Shown piece after piece: positions 9,302 through 17,532 of a stretch of 64,000 nt of DNA; position 1 is the first letter of the stretch, and each line of letters begins with the position of its first letter. The notes beneath the pieces are model-generated. The model was not told the DNA's origin and ran no database searches. It worked only from the letters and a program-made list of their open reading frames with translations. Source of the DNA: Sphingopyxis sp. (GTDB taxonomy: Bacteria; Pseudomonadota; Alphaproteobacteria; Sphingomonadales; Sphingomonadaceae). A program made the translations under genes and the position numbers. The stretch lies in assembly GCA_017745175.1 (NCBI GenBank), contig JAGHZY010000016.1, positions 17,105 to 81,104 on the forward strand. The letters are read 5' to 3'.

Positions 9302-11149
9302 GTGGGGCTTCGCCGCGTCTCGACAGGCGCGCTGCTGCTCGCGGCGTTGCTGCTGACGGCATGCGGCGGCGGCGGGCCGCGCGCGCCGCGCGAGGCGTTG
9401 GAGGAGCGCCGCGCGGCGTTGCAGGCGGCGATCGCCGGCGATCCTGAAAACATCGTTCCGCGCGTCGAGCTGGCGCGCGTCGCGATCCGGCTCGGCGACG
9501 GAGTCGGGGCCGAAGCGGCGGTGCAGGGCGCGCTTGAAGCCGGCGCCAACGACGCGGCGCTGCGCCCCTTGCTCGCGCGCGCCTATGCGATGCAGGGCGA
9601 AGACGCCCGCGCGCTCCAGACACTCGATGGTGGGCCGATCATGCCCGAGATGACCGGCGAGGCGGCGTGGGTCGCGGGCGACGTCCATCTGGCGGGCGGC
9701 GATCTCGTCGCGGCGCGTGACGCTTATGATCGTGCGGTGCGCGAACTGCCTCGCAATTCGGACCTGTGGGTCGATGTCGCGCGCTTCCGCGATGCCAATG
9801 CCGACACGCTCGGCGCGCGCGACGCGGTCGACTATGCGATCGAACTCGACAAGGCGAACAGCGGGGCGCTGGCGTTCAAGGCGAATCTGGTGCGGACCGG
9901 CGAGGGGCTCAGGGCTTCGCTGGGCTGGTATGAAAAGGCGCTCGAAGCCGATCCCGACAACGCCGATGCGCTCATCGAACAGGCCGCGACACTCGGCGAT
10001 CTCGGCCGTTATCGCGATATGCTGACGGCGTTGCGCCGCGCCGCGCCGCTGGTTTCGCGCGACCCGCGGCTTTTCTATCTTCAGGCGGTGCTGGCGGCGC
10101 GCGCGGGCGATTATCCGCTCGCGCGCAGCCTGCTCCAGCGAACACGCGGCGAACTCGATGCGCAGCCGTCGTTCATGCTGCTGAGCGCCGTCGTCGAGCT
10201 CGAGCTGGGCGGCGAGGCCATCGCGGCGAGCTGGGCCGACCGGCTGCTGACCGAACAGCCGGACAATTTCACGGCGCGGCGCATCCTCGCCGCGGCGGAA
10301 TGGTCCGACGGCGACGCCGGCGCGGCGCTCGAAGCGCTGCGACCGGTCGTCGGGCGTCCCGACGCCGACAGCTGGTCGCTGCTGCTCGCGGCGCGCGCCG
10401 CGGGCGAACTTGGGAAGAGGGCCGAGTCGGCGGATTATCTGGGGCGTGCAGCGACGCTGACGCGCGGCGAGGCCGAGCCGTTTGCGGTCGACAATGACTA
10501 TGGCCTGCTGACGATGGCGGCCGATGCCGAACCGCTGAACCCGGCCAGCGTGATTCCCGCCATTTCGGCTGACATGGCGAGCGGCAACAGCGCGCGCGCG
10601 ATCGAGCGCGCGACGCGGCTGCGCGATGCGAACCGCGGCGTCGCCGATGCGCATATCCTGCTCGGCGACGCGGCGCTCGCAGGCGGGCGGACCGATCTGG
10701 CGGTCGAGGCCTATCGCGCCGCGCGCGATCTCGACGCGGGCGAGCGGACGACGCTGCGGCTCGCCAATGCCCTGTATCGCGCGGGCGATGTGGCGGGTTC
10801 GGGCGCGGCGATCCTCGCGCTGCAGCGCAGCCAGCCGTCGAGCGTCGCTGCCGACCGGCTTTCAGGGCATCTTGCCATGGATATCGGGCACCGCGATCAG
10901 GCGATCGTGCATTTCGAGCGCGTCCGCCGCCGGATCGGCGATCGCGATGTCGTGATCCTGCGCGAACTGGCGCGGGCGTGGGCGGCGAAGGGCGACGATG
11001 CGCGCGCGTTGCCGCTGATCGACCGCGCCTATCGGCTCCAGCCGCTCAATGCGGAGATCATGGAGATCTACGCCCGCCTGCTCGATCGGCGCGGCAAGAC
11101 GCAGGCCGCCGCGGACCTGCGCGACAAGGCGGCGCAGATCGGGCGCTAG
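9302..11149 (+). CDS. prsT: TPR-repeat lipoprotein, PrsT-like (PEP-CTERM system)
   Basis: GTG start directly after the prsR stop. Lipobox LLLTAC|GG. The rest is Ala/Leu/Arg/Asp-rich TPR-like repeats. The gene order prsK-prsR-prsT supports the call. Confidence 0.65.
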   Translation: MGLRRVSTGALLLAALLLTACGGGGPRAPREALEERRAALQAAIAGDPENIVPRVELARVAIRLGDGVGAEAAVQGALEAGANDAALRPLLARAYAMQGEDARALQTLDGGPIMPEMTGEAAWVAGDVHLAGGDLVAARDAYDRAVRELPRNSDLWVDVARFRDANADTLGARDAVDYAIELDKANSGALAFKANLVRTGEGLRASLGWYEKALEADPDNADALIEQAATLGDLGRYRDMLTALRRAAPLVSRDPRLFYLQAVLAARAGDYPLARSLLQRTRGELDAQPSFMLLSAVVELELGGEAIAASWADRLLTEQPDNFTARRILAAAEWSDGDAGAALEALRPVVGRPDADSWSLLLAARAAGELGKRAESADYLGRAATLTRGEAEPFAVDNDYGLLTMAADAEPLNPASVIPAISADMASGNSARAIERATRLRDANRGVADAHILLGDAALAGGRTDLAVEAYRAARDLDAGERTTLRLANALYRAGDVAGSGAAILALQRSQPSSVAADRLSGHLAMDIGHRDQAIVHFERVRRRIGDRDVVILRELARAWAAKGDDARALPLIDRAYRLQPLNAEIMEIYARLLDRRGKTQAAADLRDKAAQIGR

Positions 11150-11193
11150 GCTGGGAGAGGCGGGTTACGACCGGTGGCGGCCACTCTCTTTCG

Positions 11194-11268
11194 TCGTCAC
11201 CCCGGACTTGATCCGGGGTCCATGACTTCAGCGCTGCGATGGATCCCGGATCAAGTCCGGGATGACGA
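11194..11268. repeat. palindromic intergenic repeat, family 1 (two inverted 29-bp hairpin units)
   Basis: TCGTCACCCCGGACTTGATCCGGGGTCCA (11194-11222) and, at 11240-11268, a unit whose reverse complement TCGTCATCCCGGACTTGATCCGGGATCCA differs from it at two positions. Each unit is itself a hairpin. Related copies lie at 17344-17374 and 24325-24399. Confidence 0.85.
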
Positions 11269-11302
11269 ATGTCCGGAATCCACCCCAAGGCGGAAAGCGG
11301 GC

Positions 11303-11650
11303 TCAGGCTTCGGTGAGGTCGAGCAGCGTACGCGCGTCGAGGCCGATGCGGCGCATCTGCTCCGCAACCGGGGGCCAGATATTGGCAAGGAAGTCGGCGC
11401 GCATCAGGTCGCGGAGGCGCTCGGTCGCGCCCTGTGCCACAAACATGCCGACGCCGCGCTTGACCGTGACCAGTCCCTCGTCCTGGAACGTCTGATACGC
11501 CTTGGCGACGGTCAGCGGATTGGCGCCCTCTTCGGCAGCGAGCGAACGCACCGAGGGGAGCATGTCGCCGTCGCGGAATGTGCCGTCGAGGATGGCGTTG
11601 GCAATCACGTCGCGGAGACGCTGGTACACGGGTTTGGACTGGTCGAGCAT
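11303..11650 (-). CDS. GntR family transcriptional regulator (short, HTH-only type)
   Basis: 115-aa ORF with the GntR wHTH signature LPSVRSLAAEEGANPLTVAKAYQTFQDEGLVTVKRGVGMFV. Confidence 0.8.
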   Translation of the reverse strand: MLDQSKPVYQRLRDVIANAILDGTFRDGDMLPSVRSLAAEEGANPLTVAKAYQTFQDEGLVTVKRGVGMFVAQGATERLRDLMRADFLANIWPPVAEQMRRIGLDARTLLDLTEA

Positions 11651-11721
11651 GCCGCCTTAATGCCATAAGACAGCAGCACAGTCAAATTCGGCTAATTACA
11701 AATTCAGTCCGGATAGTGAAA

Positions 11722-12303
11722 CTAAATTTCCCAGGCGCGGACAACGTCGTCGTAATCGGGTCGTGGCCGCTCATCGAGTTCGCGCGACGCGGTGCCGAGG
11801 AAGAAATAGCCGACAATCCTGTCGCCGTCGCCTGCGCCGAACGCTGCCGTCACCTCGGGACTGAAGGCCGCCCAGCCGGTGAGCCAGCTCGCGACGAAGC
11901 CGTGCGCGTGCGCGGCGTGAAGCAGGTTCATGCCGACCGCGCCCGCCGACATTTGCTGCTCCCAAAGCGGAATCTTGCTACCGGGAACGGGAGTCGAGAG
12001 CAGCACGAGCAGGGCCGGCGCCTGATGCGCGAACTGGTCGAGCGCCGACAGGTCCATGCCCGCGGCTCCCGGGTTTTCCGCCACCCATGCTTTTTTGAGC
12101 AGCGCCGCAAAGGCTTCGCGCTGGTCGCCCGCAACGGTGACGATACGCCACGGAGCGAGCTTGCCATGGTCGGGGGTGCGCAGCGCGAGCGCGATGATGT
12201 CGCGGAGCTGTGCGGCGTCGGGACCGGGTGCGACCATGTCGCGCGCCTTGCCCGAACGACGGGTGGCGAGATGGGCGAGGAGCGAGGAGGTGTCGTTGAA
12301 CAT
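11722..12303 (-). CDS. nitroreductase family protein
   Basis: I chose the internal ATG at 12303 (MFNDTSSLLAHLATRRSGKA...), giving 193 aa. The N-terminal 62 aa of the track ORF look non-coding. The length and the TRRS...PGP..., HGKLAPWR pattern fit small nitroreductases. Confidence 0.65.
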   Translation of the reverse strand: MFNDTSSLLAHLATRRSGKARDMVAPGPDAAQLRDIIALALRTPDHGKLAPWRIVTVAGDQREAFAALLKKAWVAENPGAAGMDLSALDQFAHQAPALLVLLSTPVPGSKIPLWEQQMSAGAVGMNLLHAAHAHGFVASWLTGWAAFSPEVTAAFGAGDGDRIVGYFFLGTASRELDERPRPDYDDVVRAWEI

Positions 12304-12515
12304 GGAGCGCCATGTGGCCTTTTCCATGCGTTTGCGCAAGTGTTGCGAATGGTTCGCAATAAAAAATGGCCCGGTCGCGATAGTTACGCGCGCAATTAGA
12401 TTCTTCCCTTGAGCAATTTTCGCGCTAGGTTGCGCGATCATTTTCAAAAGAGGGGTGGGAATTCCGCGCTGCGGAAGGGCGCCCCGCAACCAGAATATAC
12501 CGGGGAGCCCGACGA

Positions 12516-14546
12516 ATGACGAATGAAGTGGACCCGAACGCGTCGCTGGAGCCAGGGGCGCGGCCCGCCGACATCACCATGATCCATCCGGGCGACCATA
12601 ATGGCTGGTTCGGCCATCCGCGCCAGCTGAAGCGCCTGTTCACCACCGAGATGTGGGAGCGCTTCGGCTATTACGGGATGCGCGCGATCCTGACGCTGTA
12701 TCTCGCGAAGCATTTCCTCTTCAGCGACACCACGACCGCGGGCGTCTATGGCGGCTTCACCGCGCTCGTTTACCTGACCCCGCTGATCGGCGGGCTGATC
12801 GCCGACCGCTATCTGGGGTCGAAGCGATCGGTGAAGTTCGGTGCGATCCTGATGGCGCTCGGTTATTTCACCCTCTGTTTCGGGGGCGATACGGCAAAGC
12901 CGTTCGCGACGATCGACGCGCAGCGCTACGACGTCACGATCGAGGCGAAGGCCGACGGCGGCGAGGCGCGTTTCGTCACGGTCGACGGGCAGAAGCTCGA
13001 AATCCGCGGCAACGAGGACAAGTCGGTGTCGCTGCTCGCCGCCGACGGCAGCGAAGCGCGCAAGGTCGAGCCCGCGAACTTCAGGTCCGACGCCGAGCGT
13101 TCGCCGATGTTCGTCGCGATCCTGCTCGTCGGTCTCGGACTCGTCACGATCGGCAACGGCTTCTTCAAACCCAATATCTCGACGATCGTCGGCACGCTCT
13201 ATGCCGACGGCGACCGCCGCCGCGACGCGGGCTTCACCATCTTTTACATGGGGATCAACCTCGGCTCGCTGATCTCGCAATTCTTCTGCCCGATCCTCGC
13301 CGAAGCGGTCGGCTGGTGGGCGGGGTTCGGCCTCGCCGCGGTCGGCATGACCTGTTCGTGGCTGCTCTTCCAGTTCGACGGCGGCCGGCTCAAGGGCTAT
13401 GGCGAGCGCCCCGAGGGCGCCGACGCGAGCAAGGACTGGGTGATCTACGGCTGCGCGCTGCTCGCGATTCCGCTCGTCTATTTCCTCTTTTCGAACCTCA
13501 TGTCCTATGTGAAGCCCGAGGCGGGCACCGGCCTGATCGGTTATCTTTCGACCCTGCCGATCATGGGCAAGGTGATGTTCGGCACCTTCATCCTCGCGAT
13601 TCCCGGCATCCTCGCCTGGGCGTGGTTCAAGGGCAGCCGCACCGAATTCCAGATGATGTTCGCCGCGATGGTGCTGATCGTCTTCAACGTCGTCTTCTGG
13701 ACCCTGTTCGAGCAGGCGGGGTCGTCGCTCACCCTGTTCGCCGAGCGCAACACGATGCTCGAAATCGGCTGGACCGAGCCGCTCTTCGCGATGTTCCGCG
13801 CGGCGCCGGTCAGCTATTATCTCTTCTTTGCCGCGCTGTTCGGCGGGGTCGCGTCGCTCGCCTGGTGGTTCTTCTCGAACGGCGAGGACGCGGCTGTAAA
13901 GCGCACGATGGCGATCGCGTGGGGCGTCGTCGTCATCGCCGCGATGATCGGCATGCACGTCGCGCGCCTCAACGGTTTCGGCAGCGAGCGCGTCTATGTG
14001 ATGCCCGCGGGGCAGACGCAGATCTTCAACGCGCTGTTCATCGTGCTGCTCGCGCCGATCTTTTCGATGCTCTGGAATGCGCTGGCGGCGCGCGGGCTCG
14101 AGCCCAACATCCCCGTCAAGTTCGGCATCGCGCTGATGGGCGTCGGCGCCGGCTTCCTGTTCCTCGTCTGGGGATCGCAGTTCGCTGACAGCCGCGCGCA
14201 GGTCGGACTCGTGTGGCTCGCGGGGCTCTATCTGATCCATTCGATCGCCGAGCTCTGCATCTCGCCGGTCGGGCTGTCGATGATCACCAAATTGTCGATC
14301 GCGCGCATCGTCGGGCTGATGATGGGCGTGTGGTTCCTGTCGATCGCGACCGCGCAATATGTCGCCGGCATCGTCGCGCAGTTCGCGAGCGTCGAGACGG
14401 TCGGCGGGCAGGTGACCAACCTGAAGGTCAGCCTCGACACCTATGTCGGGGTCTTCCAGACCATCGGCCTCGTGTCGATCGTGATCGGCGGCCTGCTGCT
14501 GCTGCTTGCATGGCCGCTCAAATATCTGATGCACGGCGTAAAATAA
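12516..14546 (+). CDS. POT/PTR2 family di-/tripeptide:proton symporter
   Basis: 676-aa polytopic ORF with the PTR2 signature FTTEMWERFGYYGMRAILTLYL and FFKPNISTIVG. It carries an unusual hydrophilic insert of about 70 aa after TM3. Confidence 0.85.
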   Translation: MTNEVDPNASLEPGARPADITMIHPGDHNGWFGHPRQLKRLFTTEMWERFGYYGMRAILTLYLAKHFLFSDTTTAGVYGGFTALVYLTPLIGGLIADRYLGSKRSVKFGAILMALGYFTLCFGGDTAKPFATIDAQRYDVTIEAKADGGEARFVTVDGQKLEIRGNEDKSVSLLAADGSEARKVEPANFRSDAERSPMFVAILLVGLGLVTIGNGFFKPNISTIVGTLYADGDRRRDAGFTIFYMGINLGSLISQFFCPILAEAVGWWAGFGLAAVGMTCSWLLFQFDGGRLKGYGERPEGADASKDWVIYGCALLAIPLVYFLFSNLMSYVKPEAGTGLIGYLSTLPIMGKVMFGTFILAIPGILAWAWFKGSRTEFQMMFAAMVLIVFNVVFWTLFEQAGSSLTLFAERNTMLEIGWTEPLFAMFRAAPVSYYLFFAALFGGVASLAWWFFSNGEDAAVKRTMAIAWGVVVIAAMIGMHVARLNGFGSERVYVMPAGQTQIFNALFIVLLAPIFSMLWNALAARGLEPNIPVKFGIALMGVGAGFLFLVWGSQFADSRAQVGLVWLAGLYLIHSIAELCISPVGLSMITKLSIARIVGLMMGVWFLSIATAQYVAGIVAQFASVETVGGQVTNLKVSLDTYVGVFQTIGLVSIVIGGLLLLLAWPLKYLMHGVK

Positions 14547-14559
14547 GGGGCTCTCCGAC

Positions 14560-15963
14560 ATGCGTTTATCGATTGCGGCACTGCCGCTGCTCGCGCTCGC
14601 TGCCTGCGCGGCCACCGAAGGCGGTCCGAAGCCGGCGAGCGACAAGCCCGCCGCCGCTGCGGCCGAGAAACCGGCGAAGTTCAACAAGGATCCGTATCCG
14701 TCGACCTACAAGCCCTATCCGGGGCAGGTCACCGCGGTGCGCAATGTCACCATCTTCGACGGCGAGGGCGGGCGGATCGAGAATGGCACCGTGCTGCTCG
14801 CGAACGGCAAGGTCGAGGCGATCGGCGGCCCCGATACGCCGATCCCGGCGGATATCGCAGTCTATGACGGCACCGGCAAGTTCCTCACCCCCGGGGTCAT
14901 CGATATCCACAGCCATCTCGGCGACTATCCGTCGCCCAGCGTCGATGCGCATTCGGACGGCAACGAGGCGACCGCGCCGACGACCCCCGAGGTCTGGTCC
15001 GAGCATAGCGTCTGGCCGCAGGACCCGGGCTTCAGCCGCGCGCTCGCGAACGGCGGGGTGACGGCGCTCCAGATCCTGCCGGGCAGCGCGAACCTGATGG
15101 GTGGACGCTCGATCACCCTCAAGAATGTACCCTCGCGCACCGTGCAGGGGATGAAATTCCCCGGCGCGCCCTATGGCCTCAAGATGGCGTGCGGCGAGAA
15201 TCCGAAGCGCGTCTATGGCGGCAAGGGGCGGATGCCCTCGACGCGCATGGGCAATTTCGCGGTGAACCGCGCGACGTGGCAGAAGGCGGCGGCGTACAAG
15301 AAGAAGATGGACGAGGGCAAGGCGGTCGACCGCGACCTCGCGATGGAAACGCTCGCGGGCGTGCTGTCGGGCGAAATCCTCGTCCACAATCATTGCTACC
15401 GCGCCGACGAGATGGCGCTCGTGATCGATATGTCGAAGGAGTTCGGCTACAAGGTCTCGACCTTCCACCACGCGGTCGAGGCGTACAAGATTGCCGACAT
15501 CCTCGCGAAGGAGGGCATCTGCGCGGCGATGTGGGCCGACTGGTGGGGCTTCAAGATGGAAGCCTATGACAGCGTCAACGAGAATATCCCGCTCGTCTAC
15601 AAGGCCGGGGCGTGCACGATCGTCCACTCGGACGACGCGAACCAGATCCAGCGGCTCAATCAGGAAGCGGCGAAGGCGCGCGCCGCCGGGCGCCGCATCG
15701 GCATCGATGTGAGCGACGAGGTGGCATGGACATGGCTGTCGTACAATCCGGCGAAGGCGCTGGGCATCGCCGACCGGACCGGGAGCCTCAAGCCGGGCAA
15801 GATGGCCGACGTCGTGCTGTGGAACGGCAATCCGTTCAGCGCCTATACGCGCCCCGAAAAAGTGTGGATCGACGGCGCGCTGATGTTCGACGCCAATGAT
15901 CCCAAGCGGCGTCCGGTGAGCGATTTCGAGCTGGGCCAGCCGGGCGAAGGAGACGTGAAATGA
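14560..15963 (+). CDS. amidohydrolase family lipoprotein (COG1228-type, prolidase/imidazolonepropionase-like)
   Basis: Lipobox LALAAC. Metal-binding motif PGVIDIHSHLG. Its 4-nt overlap with the next amidohydrolase gene suggests coupling. Confidence 0.75.
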   Translation: MRLSIAALPLLALAACAATEGGPKPASDKPAAAAAEKPAKFNKDPYPSTYKPYPGQVTAVRNVTIFDGEGGRIENGTVLLANGKVEAIGGPDTPIPADIAVYDGTGKFLTPGVIDIHSHLGDYPSPSVDAHSDGNEATAPTTPEVWSEHSVWPQDPGFSRALANGGVTALQILPGSANLMGGRSITLKNVPSRTVQGMKFPGAPYGLKMACGENPKRVYGGKGRMPSTRMGNFAVNRATWQKAAAYKKKMDEGKAVDRDLAMETLAGVLSGEILVHNHCYRADEMALVIDMSKEFGYKVSTFHHAVEAYKIADILAKEGICAAMWADWWGFKMEAYDSVNENIPLVYKAGACTIVHSDDANQIQRLNQEAAKARAAGRRIGIDVSDEVAWTWLSYNPAKALGIADRTGSLKPGKMADVVLWNGNPFSAYTRPEKVWIDGALMFDANDPKRRPVSDFELGQPGEGDVK

Positions 15964-17261
15964 TGCGCGCCCTCCTTCTTTCCGCCGCGGCACTGATCGC
16001 GGCTCCCGCCGCAGCGCAGGATGTCGCGATCGTCAATGCCAAGCTCGTCATCGGCGACGGCAGCGCGCCGATCGAGGGCGGCACCGTCGTCGTGCGCGGC
16101 GGCAAGGTCGTCGCGGCGGGCGCGGGTGTTGCCGTGCCCGCGGGCGTCGAACGCGTCAACGCGCAGGGGCGTTATGTCACCCCCGGCATCGTCGCGGCGT
16201 TCAGCCGCGTCGGGCTGACCGAGGTCGACGCCGTCAGCGGCACCAACGACCGGTCGGCGCCGCGCACGCGCTTTTCGGCGGGGCTCGATATCGCGCCCGC
16301 GCTGAACCCGATGGGCTCGCCCGTCGCGGTGAACCGCGCGTCGGGCGTCACGCGCGCGATCGTCGCGCCTGGCGGCAGCAGCAATCTGTTCGCGGGGCAG
16401 GGCGCGGTCGTCGACCTCGCCGACGACATGGACATGGTGACGCGCCCGCGCGCGCTGCAATATGTCGCGTTCGGCGAGGATGGCGCGTCGAAGGCGGGGG
16501 GCAGCCGCGCCGCGACCTTCCTGCTGTTCCGCGAACAATTGCTCGCGGCGCGCAGCTATGCCCGCAACCCCGCGACGCTTGCCGAATGGGGCAATGACGC
16601 GATGATCCAGCGCGCCGACGCCGATGCTTTGGTGCGGGTCATCAATGGCACGACGCCGCTGTTCGTGCGCGTCGACCGTGCTGCCGACATCGTCAACGTG
16701 CTGAAGCTGCGGCAGGAGTTTCCGGCGCTGAAGCTCGTGCTCGTCGGGGTGACCGAGGGCTGGCTCGTCGCGCGCGAGATCGCGGCGGCGAAGGTGCCGG
16801 TGCTCGTCTCGCCGCTCACCGACCTGCCGTCGAGCTTTGAACAACTCGGCGCGACGCAGTCGAACGCGGGCCGGCTGAAGGCCGCCGGCGTCGAGGTGTC
16901 GGTCGGCGTGTTCGACGACGATGATGCGCACAAGATGGGCTATGCGACGCAATATGCGGGCAATCTTGTCGGTCTCGCGCGCGTGCCGGGCGCGAGCGGG
17001 ATGACGTGGGATCAGGCCTTCGCCGCGATCAGCAGCGTGCCTGCGCGCGCGGTCGGGATGGACGGCAGCATCGGTTCGCTGCGTCCGGGGCGCGCGGGCG
17101 ACGTCGTGATCTGGGACAATGACCCGCTCGAACTCGGCAGCCGCCCGACCGCGATCTGGATCGACGGCAAGGCGCAGTCGCTGACGACGCGGCAGGATCG
17201 CCTGCGCGACCGTTATCGGGTCCCGCAGGAGGGCGCGCTGCCCAAGGCTTACGATCGCTAG
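15960..17261 (+). CDS. amidohydrolase family protein, paralog lacking the HxH metal motif
   Basis: Signal peptide MMRALLLSAAALIAAPAAAQD. The overall layout is amidohydrolase-like (GRYVTPGIVAA...; C-terminal GSLRPGRAGDVVIWD). The position that is DIHSH in the upstream paralog reads AAFSR here. Confidence 0.65.
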   Translation: MMRALLLSAAALIAAPAAAQDVAIVNAKLVIGDGSAPIEGGTVVVRGGKVVAAGAGVAVPAGVERVNAQGRYVTPGIVAAFSRVGLTEVDAVSGTNDRSAPRTRFSAGLDIAPALNPMGSPVAVNRASGVTRAIVAPGGSSNLFAGQGAVVDLADDMDMVTRPRALQYVAFGEDGASKAGGSRAATFLLFREQLLAARSYARNPATLAEWGNDAMIQRADADALVRVINGTTPLFVRVDRAADIVNVLKLRQEFPALKLVLVGVTEGWLVAREIAAAKVPVLVSPLTDLPSSFEQLGATQSNAGRLKAAGVEVSVGVFDDDDAHKMGYATQYAGNLVGLARVPGASGMTWDQAFAAISSVPARAVGMDGSIGSLRPGRAGDVVIWDNDPLELGSRPTAIWIDGKAQSLTTRQDRLRDRYRVPQEGALPKAYDR

Positions 17262-17343
17262 GGCCGACGGGCGTTTTACTGTCTGCGCCCGCCTTATATT
17301 GGTGGTCACGCAGGTCTGAAACGAAGGATGTGATTTGCTGTCG

Positions 17344-17374
17344 TCGTCACCCCGGACTTGATCCGGGGTGACGA
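17344..17374. repeat. palindromic intergenic repeat, family 1 (single hairpin unit)
   Basis: TCGTCACCCCGGA-cttga-TCCGGGGTGACGA: a perfect 13-bp stem with the same core as the 11194 and 24371 units. Confidence 0.85.
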
Positions 17375-17532
17375 AATGGTGATCGGAGCCTCTCAAAGCC
17401 GAACCACGTCGTCATCTTGTATCCTTCATGTTGACACTGTTATCTTTGTGGCGGATGGTGCCGGGACGATGCCGCGAGTCGCCCGCCGCGCGGGCGATCG
17501 ACGGCGGGAAACGCGTTCGATGAGGGACTGCC

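Noticed and set aside
7190-10654. 1154-aa ORF on the minus strand, the longest in the track
   Set aside because: It lies antisense to prsK, prsR and prsT, which all carry clear family motifs. Its translation is Arg/Ala/Gly/Asp/His-rich low-complexity sequence with no recognisable domain. This is the typical stop-codon-poor shadow frame of GC-rich DNA.
12444-14687. 747-aa minus-strand ORF
   Set aside because: It is antisense to the POT transporter, which has the unambiguous PTR2 signature. The composition is dominated by R/D/E/H/A runs, so it is a shadow ORF.
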